From assembly GCF_009914755.1 (NCBI RefSeq), contig NC_060939.1: 64,000 nt of DNA. One strand, written 5' to 3'. The notes under the pieces were generated by a model. The model did not search any database. It worked only from the letters and a program-made list of their open reading frames with translations, and had not been told where the DNA came from. Shown here in pieces: positions 1-13,116 of the stretch. Position 1 is the stretch's first letter, and each line of letters opens with the position of its first letter. The position numbers and the translations under genes are program-made. This DNA is from the human T2T-CHM13v2.0 reference genome, Homo sapiens.

Positions 1-311
1 CATTCAATTCCATTCCATCCGATTCCATTACATTCTTTTCATTTCTTATCCATTTCAAGCCATTCCACTCCATTCCATTCCACTCGTTTAATTTCCATTC
101 GAGTCCATTCCTCTCCAGTCCATTCCGTTCAATCCATTCCATTCCAGTCCATTCCATTCGAGTCCGTTCCATTCCACTCCATTCCATTCGAGTCAATTCC
201 ATCCCATTCGATGTCTTTCCATAACGATCCATTCCATTCTATTCCTTTCGATTCCATTCCATTCTATTTCATTCCATTCGATTCCCTTCCATTGGACTCC
301 TTTCCATTCGA

Positions 312-1375
312 GTGCATTCCATTCCGTTCCATTTCTTTCCGTTCTGTACGATTCCTACCGTTCGATTTCATTTTGTTCCAGTCCATTCCTTTCGCGTCCA
401 TTCCATTCCATTTCACTCCATTCGATTCCATTCCACTCGATTCCACTTCGTTCCATTTCATTGCATTCCATTCTATTCAACTCTATTGCCTTCCATTCCA
501 TTCCATTCGATTACATTCCATGCGATTCCATTCGAAATCGAATCAATTACATTGCAATCCATTACTATTGAGTCCGTTTTATTCCAGTCCACTGCATTCT
601 GGTCCATTCCATTTGATTCCATTCCATTCTATTCCATTCCATACAGTTGCATTCCATTGGATTCCATGCTATATCTATAAATTCAATTCGAGACCATTGC
701 TTTTGAGTCCATTCTATATGATTCCATTCCATTCAAGTCCATTACATTTGGATCAATTCCATTCCATTCCATTCCCTTCCATTCCATTCCAGTTGATATC
801 AGTCCTTTCGATTCCATTCCATTCGAGCACATTCCATTCGAGTCCATTCCATTCGATGCCATTCCATTTGATTCTATTCCGTTAGTCTCCATTCAATTCC
901 ATTAATCTCCATTCCATTCCATTCTACTCCAACTGATTCCATTCCATTCTATTCCTTTCCATTCCATTTCATTCCATTCCATTCCATTTCATTCCATTCC
1001 ATTCCATTCGTGTCCATTCCACTCCAGTCCATTCCACTTGTGTCCATTCCATTCCAGTCCATTCCATTTCTGTCCATTCCATTTGTGTCCACTGCATTCC
1101 ATTCCACTCCATTCCATATTATTCCATTCCACTCCATTCCATTCCACTCGTTTCCTTTCCATTCGAGTCCATTCCTCTCCAGTCCATTCTGTTCAATCCA
1201 TTCCATTCCAGTCCATTCCATTCGAGTCCGTTCCATTCCAGTCCATTCCATTCGAGTCAATTCCATCCCATTCGATGTCTTTCCATAACGATCCATTCCA
1301 TTCTATTCCTTTCGATTCCATTCCATTCTATTTCATTCCATTCGATTCCCTTCCATTGGACTCCTTTCCATTCGA
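312..1375 (+). repeat. Truncated 1,064 bp monomer (about 745 bp deletion plus 15 bp duplication; KpnI segment missing)
   Basis: Landmark spacing 312 to 1376. At about 1124-1150, CCATATTATT-CCATT joins directly to CCACTCCATTCCATTCCACTCGTTT, which lies 745 bp downstream in the modal monomer (12941 vs 13686). Extra TCTGT-CCATT-CCATT at about 1069. 1794-745+15=1064. Confidence 0.9.
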
Positions 1376-4300
1376 GTGCATTCCATTCCGTTCCATTTCT
1401 TTCCGTTCTGTACGATTCCTACCGTTCGATTTCATTTTGTTCCAGTCCATTCCTTTCGCGTCCATTCCATTCCATTTCACTCCATTCGATTCCATTCCAC
1501 TCGATTCCACTTCGTTCCATTTCATTGCATTCCATTCTATTCAACTCTATTGCCTTCCATTCCATTCCATTCGATTACATTCCATGCGATTCCATTCGAA
1601 ATCGAATCAATTACATTGCAATCCATTACTATTGAGTCCGTTTTATTCCAGTCCACTGCATTCTGGTCCATTCCATTTGATTCCATTCCATTCTATTCCA
1701 TTCCATACAGTTGCATTCCATTGGATTCCATGCTATATCTATAAATTCAATTCGAGACCATTGCTTTTGAGTCCATTCTATATGATTCCATTCCATTCAA
1801 GTCCATTACATTTGGTTCAATTCCATTCCATTCCATTCCCTTCCATTCCATTCCATTTGATATCAATCCATTCGATTCCATTCCATTCGAGCACATTCCA
1901 TTCGAGTCCATTCCATTCGATGCCATTCCATTTGATTCTATTCCATTAGTCTCCATTCAATTCCATTAATCTCCATTCCATTCCATTTTACTCCAACAGA
2001 TTCCATTCCATTCTATTCCTTTCCATTCCATTTCATTCCATTCCATTCCATTCCATTCCATTCCATTCGTGTCCATTCCACTCCAGTCCATTCCATTCGT
2101 GTCCATTCCATTCCAGTCCATTCCATTTGTGTCCACTGCATTCCATTCCACTCCATTCCATATTATTCCAATACACTCCATTCAATTCTATCACTTTCAT
2201 TTCCATTCAATTCCATTCCATTTGATTCCATTCCACTCGGTTTCATTCCATTTGAGTCCACTCCATTCCATTCCATTCCATTCCATTCAGTTCCATTCCA
2301 TTCTGTTCCATTCCATTCCGTTCCATTACATTCCATTCCATTCGGTACCATTCCATATTGTTCCATTCGATTCCATTCGAATCCATTCCATTCCAGTCCA
2401 TTCCATTCGATTCCATTCCATTCATTTCAATTCCATTCCATTCCATTCCATTCCATTCCACTTGATTCCTCTCCATTCCATTCCACTGCATTCCGTTCGA
2501 TTCCATTCCATTGCATTGCATTCCATTCCATTGGATTGCATTCCATTCGATTCCATTCCATTCGAATCAATTACATAGCAATCCATTACATTCGAGTCTA
2601 TTCTATTCCGTTCCATTCGATTTCGTTCCAATCCATTCGATTCCATTCCATTCGATTCCATTCCATACTATTGCATTCCATTCTATTACATTATATTCGA
2701 ATAAGTTCCATTCAAGACCATTTCTTTTGAGTCCATTCTATTTGAGTCCATTCCCTTTGATTCCATAACATTTGAGTCCATTCAATTCCATTCCTTTCGT
2801 TTCCATTCCATTTGATGCCATTCCATTCAATTCTGTTCTACCCGACTCCAATACATTCAATTCCATTCCATCCGATTCCATTACATTCTTTTCATTTCTT
2901 ATCCATTTCAAGCCATTCCACTCCATTCCATTCCACTCGTTTCCTTTCCATTCGAGTCCATTCCTCTCCAGTCCATTCCGTTCAATCCATTCCATTCCAG
3001 TCCATTCCATTCGAGTCCGTTCCATTCCAGTCCATTCCATTCGAGTCAATTCCATCCCATTCGATGTCTTTCCATAACGATCCATTCCATTCTATTCCTT
3101 TCGATTCCATTCCATTCTATTTCATTCCATTCGATTCCCTTCCATTGGACTCCTTTCCATTCGAGTGCATTCCATTCCGTTCCATTTCTTTCCGTTCTGT
3201 ACGATTCCTACCGTTCGATTTCATTTTGTTCCAGTCCATTCCTTTCGCGTCCATTCCATTCCATTTCACTCCATTCGATTCCATTCCACTCGATTCCACT
3301 TCGTTCCATTTCATTGCATTCCATTCTATTCAACTCTATTGCCTTCCATTCCATTCCATTCGATTACATTCCATGCGATTCCATTCGAAATCGAATCAAT
3401 TACATTGCAATCCATTACTATTGGGTCCGTTTTATTCCAGTCCACTGCATTCTGGTCCATTCCATTTGATTCCATTCCATTCTATTCCATTCCATACAGT
3501 TGCATTCCATTGGATTCCATGCTATATGTATAAATTCAATTCGAGACCATTGCTTTTGAGTCCATTCTATATGATTCCATTCCATTCAAGTACATTAAAT
3601 TTGGTTCAATTCCATTCCATTCCATTCCCTTCCATTCCATTCCATTTGATATCAATCCATTCGATTCCATTCCATTCGAGCACATTCCATTCGAGTCCAT
3701 TCCATTCGATGCCATTCCATTTGATTCTATTCCATTAGTCTCCATTCAATTCCATTTATCTCCATTCCATTCCATTCTAATCCAACTGATTCCATTCCAT
3801 TCTATTCCTTTCCATTCCATTTCATTCCATTCCATTCCATTTCATTCCATTCCATTCCATTCCATTCCATTCGCTTCCATTCCATTCGTGTCCATTCCAT
3901 TCCAGTCCATTCCATTTGTGTCCACTGCATTCCATTCCACTCCATTCCATATTATTCCATTACACTCCATTCCATTCTATTACTTTCATTTCCATTCAAT
4001 TCCATTCCATTTGATTCCATTCCACTCGGTTTCATTCCATTTGAGTCCACTCCATTCCATTCCATTCCATTCCATTCAGTTCCATTCCATTCTGTTCCAT
4101 TCCATTCCGTTCCATTGCATTCCATTCCATTCGGTACCATTCCATATTGTTCCATTCGATTCCATTCGAATCCATTCCATTCCAGTCCATTCCTTCGATT
4201 CCATTCCATTCCTTTCAATTCCATTCCATTCCATTCCATTCCACTTGATTCCACTCCATTCCCTTCCACTGCATTCCATTGCATTGCCTTCCATTCCATT

Positions 4301-7300
4301 GGACTGCATTCCATTCGATTCCATTCCATTCGAATCAATTACATAGCAATCCATTACATTCGAGTCTATTCTATTCCGTTCCATTCGATTTCGTTCCAAT
4401 CCATTCGATTCCATTCCATTCGATTCCATTCCATACTATTGCATTCCATTCTATTACATTATATTCGAATAAGTTCCATTCAAGACCATTTCTTTTGAGT
4501 CCATTCTATTTGAGTCCATTCCCTTTGATTCCATAACATTTGAGTCCATTCAATTCCATTCCTTTCGTTTCCATTCCATTTGATGCCATTCCATTCAATT
4601 CTGTTCTACTCGACTCCAATACATTCAATTCCATTCCATCCGATTCCATTACATTCTTTTCATTTCTTATCCATTTCAAGCCATTCCACTCCATTCCATT
4701 CCACTCGTTTCCTTTCCATTCGAGTCCATTCCTCTCCAGTCCATTCCGTTCAATCCATTCCATTCCAGTCCATTCCATTCGAGTCCGTTCCATTCCAGTC
4801 CATTCCATTCGAGTCAATTCCATCCCATTCGATGTCTTTCCATAACGATCCATTCCATTCTATTCCTTTCAATTCCATTCCATTCTATTTCATTCCATTC
4901 GATTCCCTTCCATTGGACTCCTTTCCATTCGAGTGCATTCCATTCCGTTCCATTTCTTTCCGTTCTGTACGATTCTTACCATTCGATTTCATTTTGTTCC
5001 AGTCCATTCCTTTCGCGTCCATTCCATTCCATTTCACTCCATTCGATTCCATTCCACTCGATTCCACTTCGTTCCATTTCATTGCATTCCATTCTATTCA
5101 ACTCTATTGCCTTCCATTCCATTCCATTCGATTACATTCCATGCGATTCCATTCGAAATCGAATCAATTACATTGCAATCCATTACTATTGAGTCCGTTT
5201 TATTCCAGTCCACTGCATTCTGGTCCATTCCATTTGATTCCATTCCATTCTATTCCATTCCATACAGTTGCATTCCATTGGATTCCATGCTATATCTATA
5301 AATTCAATTCGAGACCATTGCTTTTGAGTCCATTCTATATGATTCCATTCCATTCAAGTCCATTACATTTGGTTCAATTCCATTCCATTCCATTCCCTTC
5401 CATTCCATTCCATTTGATATCAATCCATTCGATTCCATTCCATTCGAGCACATTCCATTCGAGTCCATTCCATTCGATGCCATTCCATTTGATTCTATTC
5501 CATTAGTCTCCATTCAATTCCATTAATCTCCATTCCATTCCATTTTACTCCAACTGATTCTATTCCATTCTATTCCTTTCCATTCCATTTCATTCCATTC
5601 CATTCCATTCCATTCCATTCCATTCCATTCCATTCGTGTCCATTCCACTCCAGTCCATTCCATTCGTGTCCATTCCATTCCAGTCCATTCCATTTGTGTC
5701 CACTGCATTCCATTCCACTCCATTCCATATTATTCCATTACACTCCATTCCATTCTATCACTTTCATTTCCATTCAATTCCATTCCATTTGATTCCATTC
5801 CACTCGGTTTCATTCCATTTGAGTCCACTCCATTCCATTCCATTCAGTTCCATTCCATTCTGTTCCATTACATTCCATTCCATTCGGTACCATTCCATAT
5901 TGTTCCATTCGATTCCATTCGAATCCATTCCATTCCAGTCCATTCCATTCGATTCCATTCCATTCATTTCAATTCCATTCCATTCCATTACATTACATTC
6001 CACTTGATTCCTCTCCATTCCCTTCCACTGCATTCCGTTCGATTCCATTCCATTGCATTGCATTCCATTCCACTGGATTGCATTCCATTCGATTCCATTC
6101 CATTCGAATCAATTACATAGCAATCCATTACATTCGAGTCTATTCTATTCCGTTCCATTCGATTTCGTTCCAATCCATTCGATTCCATTCCATTCGATTC
6201 CATTCCATACTATTGCATTTCATTCGATTACATTATATTCGAATAAGTTCCATTCAAGACCATTTCTTTTGAGTCCATTCTATTTGAGTCCATTCCCTTT
6301 GATTCCATAACATTTGAGTCCATTCAATTCCATTCCTTTCGTTTCCATTCCATTTGATGCCATTCCATTCAATTCTATTCTACTCGACTCCAATACATTC
6401 AATTCCATTCCATCCGATTCCATTACATTCTTTTCATTTCTTATCCATTTCAAGCCATTCCACTCCATTCCATTCCACTCGTTTCCTTTCCATTCGAGTC
6501 CATTCCTCTCCAGTCCATTCCGTTCAATCCATTCCATTCCAGTCCATTCCATTCGAGTCCGTTCCATTCCAGTCCATTCCATTCGAGTCAATTCCATCCC
6601 ATTCGATGTCTTTCCATAACGATCCATTCCATTCTATTCCTTTCAATTCCATTCCATTCTATTTCATTCCATTCGATTCCCTTCCATTGGACTCCTTTCC
6701 ATTCGAGTGCATTCCATTCCGTTCCATTTCTTTCCGTTCTGTACGATTCCTACCGTTCGATTTCATTTTGTTCCAGTCCATTCCTTTCGCGTCCATTCCA
6801 TTCCATTTCACTCCATTCGATTCCATTCCACTCGATTCCACTTCGTTCCATTTCATTGCATTCCATTCTATTCAACTCTATTGCCTTCCATTCCATTCCA
6901 TTCGATTACATTCCATGCGATTCCATTCGAAATCGAATCAATTACATTGCAATCCATTACTATTGAGTCCGTTTTATTCCAGTCCACTGCATTCTGGTCC
7001 ATTCCATTTGATTCCATTCCATTCTATTCCATTCCATACAGTTGCATTCCATTGGATTCCATGCTATATCTATAAATTCAATTCGAGACCATTGCTTTTG
7101 AGTCCATTCTATATGATTCCATTCCATTCAAGTCCATTACATTTGGTTCAATTCCATTCCATTCCATTCCATTCCCTTCCATTCCATTCCATTTGATATC
7201 AATCCATTCGATTCCATTCCATTCGAGCACATTCCATTCGAGTCCATTCCATTCGATGCCATTCCATTTGATTCTATTCCATTAGTCTCCATTCAATTCC

Positions 7301-10300
7301 ATTAATCTCCATTCCATTCCATTTTACTCCAACTAATTCCATTCCATTCTATTCCTTTCCATTCCATTTAATTCCATTCCATTCCATTCCTTTCCATTCC
7401 ATTTCATTCCATTCCATTCCATTCCATTCCATTCCATTCCATTCGTGTCCATTCCACTCCAGTCCATTCCATTCGTGTCCATTCCATTCCAGTCCATTCC
7501 ATTTGTGTCCACTGCATTCCATTCCACTCCATTCCATATTATTCCAATACGCTCCATTCCACTCTATCACTTTCATTTCCATTCAATTCCATTCCATTTG
7601 ATTCCATTCCACTCGGTTTCATTCCATTTGAGTCCACTCCATTCCATTCCATTCCATTCCATTCAGTTCCATTCCATTCTGTTCCATTCCATTCCGTTCC
7701 ATTACATTCCATTCCATTCGGTACCATTCCATATTGTTCCATTCGATTCCATTCGAATCCATTCCATTCCAGTCCATTCCATTCGATTCCATTCCATTCA
7801 TTTCAATTCCATTCCATTCCATTCCATTACATTCCACTTGATTCCTCTCCATTCCCTTCCACTGCATTCCGTTCGATTCCATTCCATTGCATTGCATTCC
7901 ATTCCATTGGATTGCATTCCATTCGATTCCATTCCATTCGAATCAATTACATAGCAATCCATTACATTCGAGTCTATTCTCTTCCGTTCCATTCGATTTC
8001 GTTCCAATCCATTCGATTCCATTCCATTCGATTCCTTTCCATACTATTGCATTTCATTCGATTACATTATATTCGAATAAGTTCCATTCAAGACCATTTC
8101 TTTTGAGTCCATTCTATTTGAGTCCATTCCCTTTGATTCCATAACATTTGAGTCCATTCAATTCCATTCCTTTCGTTTCCATTCCATTTGATGCCATTCC
8201 ATTCAATTCTGTTCTACTCGACTCCAATACATTCAATTCCATTCCATCCGATTCCATTACATTCTTTTCATTTCTTATCCATTTCAAGCCATTCCACTCC
8301 ATTCCATTCCACTCGTTTCCTTTCCATTCGAGTCCATTCCTCTCCAGTCCATTCCGTTCAATCCATTCCATTCCAGTCCATTCCATTCGAGTCCGTTCCA
8401 TTCCAGTCCATTCCATTCGAGTCAATTCCATCCCATTCGATGTCTTTCCATAGCGATCCATTCCATTCTATTCCTTTCAATTCCATTCCATTCTATTTCA
8501 TTCCATTCGATTCCCTTCCATTGGACTCCTTTCCATTCGAGTGCATTCCATTCCGTTCCATTTCTTTCCGTTCTGTACGATTCCTACCGTTCGATTTCAT
8601 TTTGTTCCAGTCCATTCCTTTCGCGTCCATTCCATTCCATTTCACTCCATTCGATTCCATTCCACTCGATTCCACTTCGTTCCATTTCATTGCATTCCAT
8701 TCTATTCAACTCTATTGCCTTCCATTCCATTCCATTCGATTACATTCCATGCGATTCCATTCGTAACCGAATCAATTACATTGCAATCCATTACAATTGA
8801 GTCCGTTTTATTCCAGTCCACTGCATTCTGGTCCATTCCATTTGATTCCATTCCATTCTATTCCATTCCATACAGTTGCATTCCTTTGGATTCCATGCTA
8901 TATATATAAATTCAATTCGAGACCATTGCTTTTGAGTCCATTCTATATGATTCAATTCCATTCAAGTCCATTACATTTGGTTCAATTCCATTCCATTCCA
9001 TTCCCTTCCATTCCATTCCAGTTGATATCAATCCATTCGATTCCATTCCATTCGAGCACATTCCATTCGAGTCCATTCCATTCGATGCCATTCCATTTGA
9101 TTCTATTCCATTAGTCTCCATTCAATTCCATTAATCTCCATTCCATTCCATTCTACTCCAACTGATTCCATTCCATTCTATTCCTTTCCATTCCATTTCA
9201 TTCCATTCCATTCCATTTCATTGCATTCCATTCCATTCGCTTCCATTCCATTCGTGTCCATTCCACTCCAGTCCATTCCATTCGTGTCCATTCCATTCCA
9301 GTCCATTCCATTTGTGTCCACTGCATTCCATTCCACTCCATTCCATATTATTCCATTACACTCCCTTCCATTCTATTACTTTCATTTCCATTCAATTCCA
9401 TTCCATTTGATTCCATTCCACTCGGTTTCATTCCATTTGAGTCCACTCCATTCCATTCCATTCCATTCCATTCAGTTCCATTCCATTCTGTTCCATTCCA
9501 TTCCGTTCCATTACATTCCATTCCATTCGGTACCATTCCATATTGTTCCATTCGATTCCATTCGAATCCATTCCATTCCAGTCCATTCCATTCGATTCCA
9601 TTCCATTCATTTCAATTCCATTCCATTCCATTCCATTACATTCCACTTGATTCCTCTCCATTCCCTTCCACTGCATTCCGTTCGATTCCATTCCATTGCA
9701 TTGCATTCCATTCCATTGGATTGCATTCCATTCGATTCCATTCCATTCGAATCAATTACATAGCAATCCATTACATTCGAGTCTATTCTATTCCGTTCCA
9801 TTCGATTTCGTTCCAATCCATTCGATTCCATTCCATTCGATACCATTCCATGCCATTGCATTCCATTCGATTACATTATATTCGAATAAGTTCCATTCAA
9901 GACCATTTCTTTTGAGTCCATTCTATTTGAGTCCATTCCCTTTGATTCCTTAACATTTGAGTCCATTCAATTCCATTCCTTTCGTTTCCATTCCATTTGA
10001 TGCCATTCCATTCAATTCTGTTCTACTCGACTCCAATACATTCAATTCCATTCCATCCGATTCCATTACATTCTTTTCATTTCTTATCCATTTCAAGCCA
10101 TTCCACTCCATTCCATTCCACTCGTTTCCTTTCCATTCGAGTCCATTCCTCTCCAGTCCATTCCGTTCAATCCATTCCATTCCAGTCCATTCCATTCGAG
10201 TCCGTTCCATTCCAGTCCATTCCATTCGAGTCAATTCCATTCCATTCGATGTCTTTCCATAACGATCCATTCCATTCTATTCCTTTCGATTCCATTCCAT

Positions 10301-11322
10301 TCTATTTCATTCCATTCGATTCCCTTCCATTGGACTCCTTTCCATTCGAGTGCATTCCATTCCTTTCCATTTCTTTCCGTTCTGTACGATTCCTACCGTT
10401 CGATTTCATTTTGTTCCAGTCCATTCCTTTCGCGTCCATTCCATTCCATTTCACTCCATTCGATTCCATTCCACTCGATTCCACTTCGTTCCATTTCATT
10501 TCATTCCATTCTATTCAACTCTATTGCCTTCCATTCCATTCCATTCGATTACATTCCATGCGATTCCATTCGAAATCGAATCAATTACATTGCAATCCAT
10601 TACTATTGAGTCCGTTTTATTCCAGTCCACTGCATTCTGGTCCATTCCGTTTGATTCCATTCCATTCTATTCCATTCCATACAGTTGCATTCCATTGGAT
10701 TCCATGCTATATCTATAAATTCAATTCGAGACCATTGCTTTTGAGTCCATTCTATATGATTCCATTCCATTCAAGTCCATTACATTTGGTTCAATTCCAT
10801 TCCATTCCATTCCCTTCCATTCCATTCCATTTGATATCAATCCATTCGATTCCATTCCATTCGAGCACATTCCATTCGAGTCCATTCCATTCGATGCCAT
10901 TCCATTTGATTCTATTCCATTAGTCTCCATTCAATTCCATTAATCTCCATTCCATTCCATTCTACTCCAACTGATTCCATTCCATTCTATTCCTTTCCAT
11001 TCCATTTCATTCCATTCCATTCCATTTCATTCCATTCCATTCCATTCGTGTCCATTCCACTCCAGTCCATTCCATTCGTGTCCATTCCATTCCAGTCCAT
11101 TCCATTTGTGTCCACTGCATTCCATTGCAATCCATTCCATATTATTCCATTACACTCCATTCCATTCTATTACTTTCATTTCCATTCAATTCCATTCCAT
11201 TTGATTCCATTCCACTCGGTTTCATTCCATTTGAGTCCACTCCATTCCATTCCATTCCATTCCATTCAGTTCCATTCCATTCTGTTCCATTCCATTCCGT
11301 TCCATTACATTCCATTCCATTC

Positions 11323-13116
11323 GGTACCATTCCATATTGTTCCATTCGATTCCATTCGAATCCATTCCATTCCAGTCCATTCCATTCGATTCCATTCCAT
11401 TCATTTCAATTCCATTCCATTCCATTCCATTACATTCCACTTGATTCCTCTCCATTCCCTTCCACTGCATTCCGTTCAATTCCATTCCATTGCATTGCAT
11501 TCCATTCCATTGGATTGCATTCCATTCGATTCCATTCCATTCGAATCAATTACATAGCAATCCATTACATTCGAGTCTATTCTATTCCGTTCCATTCGAT
11601 TTCGTTCCACTCCATTCGATTCCATTCCATTCGATTCTAATCCATACCATTGCATTCCATTCGATTACATTATATTCGAATAAGTTCCATTCAAGACCAT
11701 TTCTTTTGAGTCCATTCTATTTGAGTCCATTCCCTTTGATTCCATAACATTTGAGTCCATTCAATTCCATTCCTTTCGTTTCCATTCCATTTGATGCCAT
11801 TCCATTCAATTCTGTTCTACTCGACTCCAATACATTCAATTCCATTCCATCCGATTCCATTACATTCTTTTCATTTCTTATCCATTTCAAGCCATTCCAC
11901 TCCATTCCATTCCACTCGTTTCCTTTCCATTCGAGTCCATTCCTCTCCAGTCCATTCCGTTCAATCCATTCCATTCCAGTCCATTCCATTCGAGTCCGTT
12001 CCATTCCAGTCCATTCCATTCGAGTCAATTCCATCCCATTCGATGTCTTTCCATAACGATCCATTCCATTCTATTCCTTTCGATTCCATTCCATTCTATT
12101 TCATTCCATTCGATTCCCTTCCATTGGACTCCTTTCCATTCGAGTGCATTCCATTCCTTTCCATTTCTTTCCGTTCTGTACGATTCCTACCGTTCGATTT
12201 CATTTTGTTCCAGTCCATTCCTTTCGCGTCCATTCCATTCCATTTCACTCCATTCGATTCCATTCCACTCGATTCCACTTCGTTCCATTTCATTTCATTC
12301 CATTCTATTCAACTCTATTGCCTTCCATTCCATTCCATTCGATTACATTCCATGTGATTCCATTCGAAATCGAATCAATTACATTGCAATCCATTACTAT
12401 TGAGTCCGTTTTATTCCAGTCCACTGCATTCTGGTCCATTCCATTTGATTCCATTCCATTCTATTCCATTCCATACAGTTGCATTCCATTGGATTCCATG
12501 CTATATCTATAAATTCAATTCGAGACCATTGCTTTTGAGTCCATTCTATATGATTCCATTCCATTCAAGTCCATTACATTTGGTTCAATTCCATTCCATT
12601 CCATTCCGTTCCATTCCATTCCATTTGATATCAATCCATTCGATTCCATTCCATTCGAGCACATTCCATTCGAGTCCATTCCATTCGATGCCATTCCATT
12701 TGATTCTATTCCATTAGTCTCCATTCAATTCCATTAATCTCCATTCCATTCCATTCTACTCCAACTGATTCCATTCCATTCTATTCCTTTCCATTCCATT
12801 TCATTCCATTCCATTCCATTTCATTCCATTCCATTCCATTCGTGTCCATTCCACTCCAGTCCATTCCATTCGTGTCCATTCCATTCCAGTCCATTCCATT
12901 TGTGTCCACTGCATTCCATTCCACTCCATTCCATATTATTCCATTACACTCCATTCCATTCTATTACTTTCATTTCCATTCAATTCCATTCCATTTGATT
13001 CCATTCCACTCGGTTTCATTCCATTTGAGTCCACTCCATTCCATTCCATTCCATTCCATTCAGTTCCATTCCATTCTGTTCCATTCCATTCCGTTCCATT
13101 ACATTCCATTCCATTC
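11323..13116 (+). repeat. Representative modal 1,794 bp monomer (KpnI site to KpnI site)
   Basis: GGTACC at 11323 and 13117. Length is 359 pentamers minus 1 bp, from three fixed register shifts: CAAT (-1), CCTAC-CGTT (-1) and CGAAAT (+1). Confidence 0.95.

Noticed and set aside
539-549. CGAATCAATTA as a DUX4 site
   Set aside because: About three mismatches to the DUX4 consensus; not supportable.
676-683. TATAAA once per monomer as a promoter
   Set aside because: A hexamer in AT-rich satellite with an imperfect TATAWAWR match and no other supporting element.
2693-2710. Canonical heat-shock elements (HSF1) suggested by satellite III stress biology
   Set aside because: nGAAn units are head-to-tail. 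The few inverted ones (TTCGAA, GAATAAGTTC) lack the nGAAnnTTCn spacing, so no HSE or ncRNA gene can be called from sequence alone.
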